A stretch of 64,000 nucleotides of DNA, taken from NCBI RefSeq assembly GCF_009914755.1, contig NC_060939.1; one strand, written 5' to 3'. The notes below the pieces were generated by a model. The model did no database searches, had not been told where the DNA came from, and saw only the letters and a list, made by a program, of their open reading frames with translations. Positions within the stretch are counted from its first letter, which is position 1. Every line of letters begins with the position of its first letter. The stretch is from the human T2T-CHM13v2.0 reference genome, Homo sapiens. A program made the translations under genes and the position numbers. Below, piece by piece: positions 1-12,815 of the stretch.

Positions 1-2122
1 GAAAAGGTGACAGTAGAATTAAGAGTTGGTTTTGCTATTTTGAAAGGCAAAAAGAGATTCTGAATTTTTAGCGTTTAGCAAGTCTTTGGGGAATGTTGAA
101 ATCCCCAGGGAAGCAGACTCCTGCTTAGGCTGTGTGTGTGTGTAAATAGGACTTTTAATATGAGTTCACAAATAACTTTACCAGCCATTAATGGTTGCAA
201 TGTTATGGATACCTTTGCAGAACTTCTTAGGATCAAGTGAGAACCTGCTCATGCCTTGTAAAGCAATAACACTAGCTGGACATGAAGAACCGCTGTTCTG
301 AACTAGTCTGGATGATAAGAGCAGTGTGTGATTTCTCCCTAAGTAGTTGCAATGAGCTTAACAGTCCACTCAGCATTTTTAAATGAAATGGCTGTGTCCT
401 CTTCATTTATTTTTTGTACTCTGGCTTTCTAGGTGCCTTTATTTGCATTCTGCTTTTATCCTATCTTCTGTATAAATCAATATGTTTATTTTAGTGCCAC
501 ACAGGGAAAGCACGTTTTAGGGAAGTGGCATGAAAATGAAGCAAAGATGAATCCCTATTCAATGGCACTATCATTCTCAGCATAAACTTTAGTGTCTCCA
601 GGATCCTTCACTGTGTAGATGTATTGATTAATTGAATAATTCTGTATCTTCGGGAGTACAAGACCTAGCCACATAGCTCATTGTCAATGCAGAGTGCGCA
701 TGTGAGGCTGGCATACTGTGAAGAAGGTTTGACACAACTATTAACATTCTCTCTGATTAGGTAAGCAAATGAAAATTAATGGTGAAGAATAAAACCTTTC
801 CCCAAGCTTTCCAATGGATAAGTTGACAAATTTACCAAATTCATGAGGAGTTTTGTGTGTTTATAAAGGAACATTAGATACCATCATAATGCCTGCTTTG
901 AATAATACTTTAGGATTTGAGGAGTAGTAATCGAAAAGAGGTTTGAAGAGGCTATGGTCAAAGTAGAAATAGTGAGTGCTTCTTCAGCTAGCAAGCTAGC
1001 CAGCACATTAGAGGGAACGAATGCTGTTTCAAAGCACAAGTTACAGCCCCCTGGATTTGTTTTTTAAGTTATGAGGACAGATCCTCTTTAAAGGCATTTC
1101 CACTTCTAAATTGTAAAAGCATTTCATTTCAAATGCGTTCTCTTAGTTTAAAAACTAATTGTTTTGTTTGTTTAGGTTGAAAATATAGAGGAGAAACAAC
1201 TTTCAAATGTTTTTAGGAATGATGCATATTAAGTTAGGCAAACTGTTATTAAGCTTGTGTTATTCTACCTGAAATGCCTAAATAGCAAGTATTTTAATAG
1301 CCTTTCGTAAATCCTTGAGGTCTGTTTATCACAGGTTTTTAGCTATCTAATGATGACAGAAATAGCATGTCCAGAGGTTTTGAGGCAGTATCTTTTTCAG
1401 TAGGTGTGTTCTGGAGGCAGGAGAAGAGAGTTTATCTGCCGGCCTCTTTCATGCACAATTTCTTAAGGATGCCATGTATATAAACACCCAAATATTGCTA
1501 TATGTGCTTAAGAATGAGCAGTAGATACATTCAGACTTTGGCTGGTACAAACTCAAGGCTAAAGTAAATATGAATCTAGGGTGGTACTAGATACTTAATC
1601 TCTAATTCAATGAGCTAGCTAAAACAGACCAGAAAATTCACTGTTTCTGCCCCAACTCTCTTTAGAGTGGTGATAAGTATCTCTGATGGGTCCAAGTTTA
1701 GTCCTCTGGAATCCATAAAGTTTGTACTAACTAGGTCAGAATAATGTTGTGTTTCAGAGTGATTTAACAGTTGCATTAATGAGAAAGAAGGGGGAAAAAG
1801 AGCATCAATGTAATTCTACCCACACGTTTTCCTGGTGGGATATCTATGCCATCACCAGGGGCGATGTTAAAAGTAGATTCGATGTGCTTCTAATTGGTTT
1901 ATTTTAAAGCTGTCGTTAACTAATTCTCAGTCACTTTTCTTTTAATCTGGCTGCTATAAGTGCCTAACCGTCCTGTTATATAATATATTTTTGGGGATTT
2001 TTTTTTAAAGATTTCATGAGAAAAAGGAAGATAAATCTAGGATGCACTTCCTATAGGACTTTATGACATTAAGTAGTATATTAAAAAGCTGTTTTCACTT
2101 GTATCACCTTTTCAACCCTCAG

Positions 2123-2216
2123 TGCTTACAGAACTCCCTGAAAGATGTGAAAGACGTCGGCATTCTACAAGTGAAGGTTTTAAAGGCAGCAGATCTCTTA
2201 GCGGCAGATTTCTCAG
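2123..2216 (+). CDS. MCTP2: MCTP2 internal coding exon A (start of third C2 domain): [31 protein letters not shown](G)
   Basis: Acceptor ccctcAG at 2121-2122, donor G|gtacag; 94 nt (phase 0 to 1); peptide is the MCTP2 C2C beta1 strand and joins in frame with the next exon. Confidence 0.96.
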
Positions 2217-3729
2217 GTACAGGACATTTTCATTTTCTAATTTATCTTTATTTATTTCCTGCTTTGAAACAATCTCCTGGCAAAGCAAAATGCTTAATAA
2301 GCAGAAGTATGACTATAACAGTCATGCTCCTTCAAATAGAGTCATAGCAAAAAAGAGGCAGACTTGAGCAATTTCTTTCACATAAAGCACCTATTTACAC
2401 AATTATTTCTTTCAAATGATTTTATGCTGATTCAGTAATATTCAAATCTATTGAGCTTCAAAAACATTTGTGGAGTATGAGTCACGACTTCTTTATTTGT
2501 TAAATTAAGTTGTTGGTCAAGCTTTTCTATGTAACCTCAAATGACAGCGATTCGACTTCTCGCCTTTTGCTGCTCTCTGTGCTGAATGGTTCACATGGTT
2601 CATAAATCTGAGCTTGAAGTCAGATCTGGCTGGCACCTCATCGTAATAATGACCAGAGCCTAGGCCCTGGGATCACTTTGCAGTTGACATTGTCTTATAG
2701 GAAGTTTCTCTTGGTGCTTCTGTAACTTGAACTTTTAGAAAGAGGCCAAAGCAGACATGCTTTGTGCTGGATTATGCTCTGCTGCACGTAGAGTAATCCA
2801 GACACGCCAGTGTCTGACAGCGACTCCGCACTCATTGCCAAATTACCCCCTTCTGCTGACTAACAATTTAGCCGCCTACATGACAGATGCTATTTACCAA
2901 GTAAATTGATGAATACAAAGAGTATTCTACAGCATGGTTCTATCTATTGATTCAGGATTGCATGGTTTTTAAAAATATATATCTCATATTTTTAGAATGT
3001 GGGCTACTCTTTTTCTTCCTTTCAGACAGGAACAATTTCACTATATTCGTACAGCCTCTAAATTTCTGAGACTGAGTTTGAGGAAGTTCAACCATTGGAA
3101 AAGAGAACTTTAGTTTTCAGCGCATTATATTACAGAAATTTTAGGAAATATAAACTTAGTTGAAAAAAAAAAAAGTTCTCCTCACCCTGCTCAAAAATGA
3201 AGCAATAGAAATGACTACCCTATAAGATGATCCTGACTAGTGAGAAGATCCAAAAATGGTTTTTGGGCCAAATAGAAGATACAATTTTTGAGGCTTGTAG
3301 GTGAAGTACTCAGATGATTGCTCTTAATATTCACTAGTATTATTGCAAATGTTTGTAATCTCATGTTAATTAAGACATTTTTCTTTTTACTTATATTTTA
3401 TGAAAACAGTCAACATTTCACATGTGCCTTTGACATTAGTGGTTCTGTCATCCCTAAAGCACATTTAGAATTGCCTATGAATTTTCCAGAGAAAATTATT
3501 TTTAATTCCATGTAATTGTTTACATGCAGCGCTTTTCGAATGCACTGTTGTTTTTCTCTCAGGAAATGTCTCCAGCCCCAAGAACTCATTTATGCCTTCC
3601 AGCATTTAAAAAAATTCTTTCTGTAAGTTGCATATATATATATTTTAATCTCCAGTGACTGATTATAATGCAGTAAGAGTATTTTTTGAAGGCTTGTTTA
3701 CAACAACATCCATATGTGGAAACCCTTTG

Positions 3730-3891
<162 letters not shown>

Positions 3892-6800
3892 GGGAAACGC
3901 TTTTGAAAAACTTAATTTATTTAGCCTGTTCTATCAAGTAACCTCCATAAAGCCCCCAAAACTAGTTTTTATAAAGATTGTTTCAGGCCAGTGTATCATC
4001 TCCAAAGAGTATTTTGACTATTAAAATAGAGTGAATAGGAGAGGATACCTGAAGAAAGAGTCTTTGTAAAGACCCTCTCTATGGAAGAATAATTTTGGGA
4101 GAAATGTTTTCATCTTGTTGTTTTATGTTCAAGGTATTCAGTAGATAGTTTTGGAGTGCATGAAGGTAAGTACCAACAAATTCCAATAACGATAGCAGTA
4201 GTTAGAAATGAAATAATGCTGTGTGGTTCGACTAAATGCCCTGGTGTTTCACTATTTCTGTATTTATGAGAAAATTCTTGCTATAGTGAATTGAGGAAAA
4301 GTGATTTGTCATTAGCTAAACATGTGTTTAGACCATAATGGTCTTCGTTTTTAGAACTAAGTCTCACAGTCTATGTTTATACGTTGTCAGGCTCCTGTAT
4401 GAATCCTCCAGAGTGTTGTTCCCACCAAGGCACTGCTTTAGGGCTACAAAGTGGACTTATTCCAGATAGTTGTAATTTAACTTTTCTATGTGAAAAAAGA
4501 AATGGATTCACATTACCGTGAGGTAGCAATGAATACCTCTAAGAGGTCAGCGATCGTGGCCTACGGTGGGGATCAGGCATTACTGCTGTTATCATTATTG
4601 TTACCAATTCAAAGTATGTAGTAAAAAAATAAAACAGACCTCAACAGTGTCATTGGATCAGGATCAGAAAAGCCAACCATTTTTGTCAGTGCCAGGAACA
4701 TTTAAGAAATAAGTATTTCTACTCTATGCCTTCCATTTTCCAGTCATCTTACTTTATAAATGAGCGTTCATTTATTGCAGTTGCTAGGGGAGTAAAGCAT
4801 TCACCCACAAATTAAAAAAAAAAGCATTTACTCCGGATAACCAGGGACATTCTCTAAAGAATGATGGTCATTTTAGACATGGTGCAAAAGGGAACCTTTC
4901 GTTCTTTCTGCTTTTCTTTTATCATATGTTTTTATTTTGTGGTAATTGCATGTTTCTAAGAACAACATGAAGTAACCACAATAAATGATGCTTCAGTTTA
5001 GTTTCACCTAAAGTTCAGGAATCCTGATAAAGCAAAAGTCCATAGGGATTAGTCTTGGCAGTAGTCCATACGGAGGTTATAGTTACCGTTTTGGGGGCAA
5101 AGGGACCACACATCCTGGAGGAGGAGTGAATGCATATGGTAAACTCTGTGGTCAGTAGTTTCCTAATTTTAAAGACGTCCACCTCTTTTCGAATAACCAT
5201 TAGAAAAAGAAAATATAGGTCATTCAAGCCACGGGAATCAAATTAGAAGGATATTCCCTGTGAGTTGTTATTGATGTTATGATTATGTAGTCATAAGAAA
5301 TTAAACTTTGGAAAAATTGAATACTCATTACTATGTTAGTATTTTAGAACATTAGAATAAAATATACTAAGGTGAATTTATTTCTCATAAAGTTGTTTTA
5401 TCTATAAAGGAAAATAGTGTATACATTTTCAAATGTGTTGAAAGACATGAATAAGCCTAAATCTGTGTATATTACCAGGATTATATTTACAAATGGTAAA
5501 GTCTTTAATTCTGTAATGTATAAAAAGGTATATTTACTGTTTTTAAATTATGCCTTTTTTAATAAATATGCTATTTGATTGTGGTTGAAGCTACCTGTTA
5601 ATACATTTAAATGTATATTTATCTTGGCATTTTTTAGAGTTTCTGACATTTGTGTACAAGAGAGAAGACTTTATTCAAAGAATCTTAAGTAATCTATCTT
5701 CTTTGGAGCCTGTCTCTCTAAAATTGGTAAAAGCTATTTTTTCTCAGGTCTATGCCAACGTTAGACGTGGATAGCCATAAGCAGTTATTCTAGTAGAAAA
5801 GCCTGTCAAATGTTTTTTAAAGAATTTGCTTCACAAATTCCTTAGGCCCAGTGTAACCTAACATTTTTAAGTAATAGGTGATGCAGCCTGATGTCATTAC
5901 TTTTGTAGTAAACCAGGCCACAGCCTTGATTCATGAAACAAATGATAAATTGTACTTGGAGGCTCAAGGTGAATAGCTGTGTGTAGTGTTTGACAAGACC
6001 AACATACTTCACTCAGCTACTGCTAGTCTTAAAATGCAGGTATTTTAAGAAGAAAACAACTCGCGTTCTAATGATTAACTGAAAAAGAGAAACATTTTAT
6101 TCTGGACAATGCTGAGAAATGGACAGTATAGCAGGTTTCATACCTACAGTAGAGGCCCAGACAGAAAATTGTGGTATATGCTGCCCAGGGGCACATCTGA
6201 TCATAAATTAATACTGTCGAAAGAAAATACAAAGTTAATCTCATAAACTGTAAAAAGAGAATATAGTAAACAATGGGTTAATGGGAAAATTGTTAGAGAA
6301 TTGAAATGTTTTTCAGTCCAGATTATGTTACCTTTCAGTACACATGACAACACCTATGTTACCCATTGAGAGAGATCAGCCAATGAAGAGTAGGAAACTA
6401 TATTGGTTTGCTCAGCACATGTGTGCAGATTATTCAGGATAGCCTTATTATAGTTGACAGTATGCTGCTGAGAAGCTGCCAGGATTGTAATGTGTTGGGG
6501 TTAATTCAGCACTAGGAATTGAAACCATCATGGCCACCACTGGCATGATGCATATGCCAAGATTCCACACCAAATCAGTGATTCTTCCTTAGCATTCTTA
6601 GAATCAAAAAGTGGGTTCATATAGCTACCTTCCTGTTACTTAAGCTTTCTCTTTATTAGTTTTATTCTCTAAAATAATTATTGTAAGAGACTTCCTTCCC
6701 CATAAAGGATGTTCCAAAGGCAAGAGGCCATTCTTCAGTCTCCCTCTGTTTCACACTCATGGCCCTTACCCTGTTCCTCCCAGGATGCCCCTTACCCACT

Positions 6801-6994
6801 CAGAATCCTACATAATAGGGGAACTGGAAACTTAGGGGAGTTTACTTTAACTCACCATGCCAAGAGTAGCAACAAAGCAATCAGAGCAGCCCTCCACGCC
6901 TAGCTCGGTGGGGGAGGATATGAAGTGACATAACAGCACAACAGAAAATGCAGTATAGGCTTCAATATCCTCTCTTTTTATAGCACAATCCCAT

Positions 6995-7405
6995 TGTTCA
7001 ATCCGTTTTCACATTGCCATAAAGAAATTCCTGTGACTGGATTATTTATAAAACAAGAGGTTTAATTGGCTCATGGTTCTGCAGGCCGTACAAGAAGCAT
7101 GACAGCTTCTGCTTCTTGGGAAGTCTCAGGGAGCTTTTACTCTTGATGGAAGGCAAAGCAAGAGCAGTGGAGCAGGAGTCTTACATGGCAGGAGCAGGAC
7201 CAATGGATAGGGGATGCTACACACTTTTAAATAACCAGATCTCTTGAGAACTCTATCAGGAGATAGCACCAAGAGGATAGCGCTAAACCATTCATGAAGG
7301 ATCCACACCTGTGATCTAATCACCTCCTGCTGGGCCCCACCTCCACCATTGGGGATTACACCTGGACCTGAGATTTGGGTAGGGACATAGATCCAAACCA
7401 TATCA
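6995..7405 (-). mobile_element. Solo MaLR LTR (MST family, MSTB/MSTA-like)
   Basis: Ends ...ccaaaccatatca (reverse of TGATATGGTTTGG); internal aagaggtttaattggctcatggttctgcagg; near-TSD cccat/ctcat. Confidence 0.88.
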
Positions 7406-10275
7406 CTCATCTTCATTTTTCATGTTTCCATTATTCTAATAGTCTATATGTTATGAAGAGAAGCTAGGGAATTATCAGGAGGCAATGGAGGGACAAAACT
7501 GGAAATATCATCTTGACTCACAATTTGGAGTTGCTTGCCTTCCAGAATTCTCCTGGGGATTTTTATTTCACCCTTGAGACTTTTTGGCACCCTTTGCCAT
7601 TAAAAACAAACAAACAAACAAATAAAACCCAGCCATCAATCATGAAAAGTTTCCAAAATATATCTGGATCCTCTTGATATCTTGGTAATAAAGGTGTCAC
7701 TTGGACCCTTTTCTCTTTCCGTTGTTAATAAAGGAAATAACTCCCAAATTAGCATAATCTCAAAATATCTATCAGAGGAAAAATAAATATGTTTCCAGAC
7801 GAGAAATCTAGGTTATTATAAAGTATCCTTATTTGATAAATAGGCATGTTAGGGGACCATAACAATTGCCTGATCCAGGAGAATAAAGATACATTTAATT
7901 ACAGAACCACTGTTTCTTTCCAGAGAACCCAATATAGCTTCCTCGACCACTTTTTAAGTATTTCTCAACTTCAGGAAAGTCAGCTTGGGGGCAGTTCTGG
8001 TAATCGACCACAGATATTCATTGAGCACCACACTTGGTTAACAGACACACCCTTAGGGAGCTTGTGATCCCTAAGAGAAGGCTCAATCTTCACTCTGCCT
8101 TCACTCCTCTACTGCAGGACATGAGGTGTAGGAGGTGGTGTGTACCTTTGAAACAGATGGAGACCTTCTTCAAAATCAGGGGGTTGCATTTCCAGTTCAC
8201 TGGTTCCTTGGCTATGCCATTAGGAGGAGCTCTTGGTCTGTCCCCCACACAGATTTGAGCCGTAACTGCAGTAAAATATTCCATTCCTTGGGTAAGTGCA
8301 TGAGCCTTTTCCATGGGCCCTGGATTCAGCCTTAACTAAACCAGTGTCCAGTTCAATGATTTATTCACTGAAGATAAAAATTAGTGCCCATGTTTTTGCC
8401 TTTTGTTTGTATGATAGCTGTCTCTCATTTTAATCCCTATGTCTAATGACATGGGAGATATACAGAAGCAGAGACCCATGTGTTAATCTCAGTTCTCCCA
8501 CATACTGGCCTTAGGCTCCCTCTAAGCCTCCATGTCCTCATGGGTATTTTAAGGGTTAAATCAAATCCTAAATGAACGTGCCTGATATATATTTTGTGCT
8601 TAATAAATGTATTTCCCATTCCTTATTAAATGCATTTTATTAGAGTATATTTGATACGTGAAGAACTGTATAGGTTGTTTTGTTCACATATTGTTTATAA
8701 TTTCCCTAATTTTAGATCATGTTAGACATATAAGCTGATAACCACTTTTATCTCTTCAGCCACTTTTAGAAATCTAGTTACCACTCTAAGATGTTTCTTT
8801 TTGTTTCTATTTCTATTGAGTGCTTAAAAAGAAGGCAAAAAAATATGCTTCATGGTAGAGAAATTCTCATACTGAACTACTTTTGTGCTTGAATTTTACA
8901 TTTTGATAATGTGGATAATAGTTTTATTAGTATAAAATAGCTTGGCGTGTTCATCTTTTTGTTGTTGTTGTTATACAAAAAAGTGCTATTGTCAAACTGT
9001 TGACCAAAATAGGGCACTTAGACCCCACATTATAGAGTAAAAATGTTTCTGCCTTGTACTATGATACTGACTTTTGAGTTGTTTCTGGAAATTATAATAG
9101 TGACTACAAGTTTTTTTATATTGCTGTTTTTGTTTTGAAACGTTAAGACTGCTTGTGTCAGAAGAGGAATAGTCTCATGGTTATTGTTCACTGAGTTTTC
9201 AACCACATGCCCATATTATGGTTTCATTTAATTGTCTGTCTCTTGAAGCTGTATCCATAGCAATACTTCGTCTCTTAAAGATGCCCTATTTTCAAAGGGA
9301 TGGCTATAATTGCAGTTTCTAGAAAGCTCAGTAGTCGTGATTGAACGTTTTTAATTTTCAAGAGATCTTCATGGATAGCTAAGCCCAAATCAAGACCAAC
9401 TTTTGAAAAACACATTAAAAACTACATAAATCTGCCTCTGGCAGGCCGTCTGCTTCAACTGCCTTCCAGAGAACATGGACTGTAGCCATTGCAAAGTTTG
9501 GGAGTATATGGATGACTTAGTGGTTTATAACTTAGAGGCACCGTGAGGGTGAATGAATTCAGCTCATTTGTGACATTCCATGAATTAACAGAGGAATCGC
9601 TTCCATATTAATGGGTGGGTTCTTAGTAACGTTTAAATTTATTTAGCAAATATACCTTTTCTATTCTCTGTGATGCCTTATGATTTTTCCTGGTGATATG
9701 GTAGAAAGGAGGAATTGGTCCCTGACCTCATGTGAAGTGACTGATTTAACCAGTGACTGTCTAATTTCAATTACTGCTAAGGTCAAGAACGTGGTGTTAA
9801 TTCTTATGGAAGGGATGCCTGACTGCAGATACCGCAGGAAGTGATGTTCTAGCAGCGATGTCAAATAGAGACATGAGAGAGAGTTGGCACCGCAGAGAAG
9901 AAGGAAAGGCACTTGAAAATGAGGAAACAGCAATGTTCCAGGGCCCGCCCAGCTTTTTCAGAGGTCTGGAAGAAAGCAAGCAGGACGAGAAGACAGAAAG
10001 CAAAAGAAACCTCTCAGGGGAGAGGATGTTCATGTCTTAGGTGGGACTGGATGACATAGGAGCTTCTGGGCCAGGTGAAGAAATTTGGAAAACTATTAAG
10101 GGAATGATATGATCCGATATAAACTAACAAAAGTTTATTCTGGCAGCTGTGAGGAGCAAGGATTTTGAGAGGAGAATGAAAATGGGAAGATGTTAGACAA
10201 GATCAGTGAATGATGATATTGTTGAGGGGCTTGAGAAGTAGCAGGGAAGTGGAGGTAGAAGAAGAAAATATTTAG

Positions 10276-10586
10276 GGCCAAGCGCAGTGACTCGCACCCA
10301 TAATTTCAACACTTTAAGAGGACAAGGAGGGAGGATTGCTTGAGCCCAGGGGTTCCAGACCAGACTGGTCAACATGATGAAACCTGATGTCTACCAAAAA
10401 AAAAAAAATTAACCAGGTATGGTGGCATGTCCTTGTAGTCCTAGCTAGTCATAGAGGCTGAGGCAGGAGGATTGCTTGAGCCCAGGAATTCAAAGTTACA
10501 GTACCATGAGCTATGATTGCACCATTGCACTCCAACCTGGGTGACAGAGTGAGACCTTGTCTGTATTTAAAAAATACAAATAAAAA
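10276..10586 (+). mobile_element. AluJ
   Basis: Dimeric Alu with ggaggattgcttgagcccagg in both arms (J-type), diverged, A-rich tail. Confidence 0.88.
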
Positions 10587-11715
10587 GGAAACTTTCTTAT
10601 GTCACTCATCTTGTTTGCTCTAGGTGTTAGAATATAGGATTATCAGAAATTAAGATAAATAACATTTTAGCAAGGTGAAGTCCTATTTTTCCTTTACTGT
10701 TCTTGCAGTCCTAGTATGGACCTGTCTGCCCCTTGTTCTAGACATCTGTCACAGCAAGGTGAGCAGGTCTTTGCCTGTGTGATGCTGAGGAAGTCATTAT
10801 TTGTCCTAGAGAAGGCCAGGACCCATCTGGAAAGGCTGGACGTACATGAAAAGTTAGGCCTAGAAGAACAGAGATCAACATTTCATTTTCTTTTAAAGGC
10901 CCCCTCAGCTCCTAGCACAGTGCTTTGCACATTCTGAGGATCATTAAGCAGTTGTTGAATATATGAACAGGTACATCATACAGCAGGCATTATAATGTCC
11001 AAACTCATTATCATAGGAGTCTGGGGTCTCCCTGGAGGTTGCAGAGAAAGTGCCACAAAGAAGGCAAGGTTAAACTAGGCCTGAGAAGTTAGTTTTTTGT
11101 TTTTTGTTTTTTTTTTTAATGTTTTCCTTTTTTGGAGAGCAAGGAGATTGGAAGGGCACAGAGGGACAACCTATTCCCCGTGCAAAGTAGGAAGCAGAAA
11201 TGAGCCCTGTTACTCTGTGTGCAGGACCGGATAGGGCAGCCTAGTGAAGTTAGGAGTGGAGGAAAGAGACACCAACCTTGCTGAAGAGTTGGTGAACAGT
11301 GGGTAGATAAGGATGGGTTATGTGGGGTAAACAGAGAGAAAATATAGATTTCCAGAACTGATCAATTAAAATGTGCTCCAATATCTGATAGTAAGGTTTG
11401 TAAACAAATGGTTGGAAATAAGACATGAAAATAGAGTATTAGAAATTTTCATCTGGAATGGCTCTGCTGTCCTCCCACGTCCCCCAAGCCTCTCTGAGCT
11501 AAAATGCTCCATATTTAGTTTCAGGAATTGTGTTGGTCCAGAAGTGCTTTCTTCCAACTCTACCCCTTGTATTGTATTGACAGTCTAGGGTGGTTCCTGG
11601 CTCCTGGATGAGTAGAATGAAATGAAAACTACTGGTCATGGTCTTCAAGCCAATCTTAGTACCTATCCACCTGTATCTTACATTACCTGATTATCGCTAT
11701 TTGCCTCTCTCTCTC

Positions 11716-11970
11716 ATATATATACAAAATGTAAATATCATATATATGATATATAATATATAATGTGTAATATAATATATGATATATAATATATATAATA
11801 TATGATATGTAATATATAATTATATATGATATGTAATATATAATTATATGACATAATTATATATGACATATAATTATATATGATATATATATAATATATG
11901 ACATATAATCTATACTTATATATAATATATATGATATATAATGTATAATATAATATATATAATATATATA
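11716..11970. repeat. Complex (TA)n / AT-rich low-complexity repeat
   Basis: About 250 bp almost entirely A/T with reiterated atatgatat/atataat units. Confidence 0.95.
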
Positions 11971-12517
11971 TCCTCCTAATAAATTTGATGCTTTGACCTG
12001 TCCCGTCTCCACAAGAAGGACTTATCCATTTCTGCTCATCAAACACTTCCCTTGTAAACCTCAATTAAGAATCGCCTCCACTAAGAAATCTTTCTGAACT
12101 TTTCTGAACTGAATTACATTTCTCTGAACTTTCATGCTCTCGTCTGCATTTCACTGCTGCCCTCTGTCCCTAGGCCGTAGCACTGTTCTTGGGGGATGGT
12201 AAGAGCATACATATATTGGGTGTGCCTGCATCAGGACCCTTAAGTGAATATGCATGCTGACTGTGGAGTGGAAATTTACAAATGTGGGATATAAGAGTAG
12301 TAACAGCAATATACAATTGGAGATCTGAAATGGAAACAACTCAGTTTGCTGTGGGATGAGAATGAGGAATCTTTTCTTGGAAGGGGCAGCATTTTCAGAA
12401 TAGCAGAGACCATTATGAGAGTCCCTTGCAGATAATTGCTTAGGTGGTCATTGTATTTCAGGGTCAGTTTAGTGCTAGGAACATTTATTAAGCTATATGC
12501 TTAATAAACGGTTATCA

Positions 12518-12815
<298 letters not shown>

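Noticed and set aside
11738-12064. I/Y-rich 108-aa ORF
   Set aside because: Translation of the AT repeat
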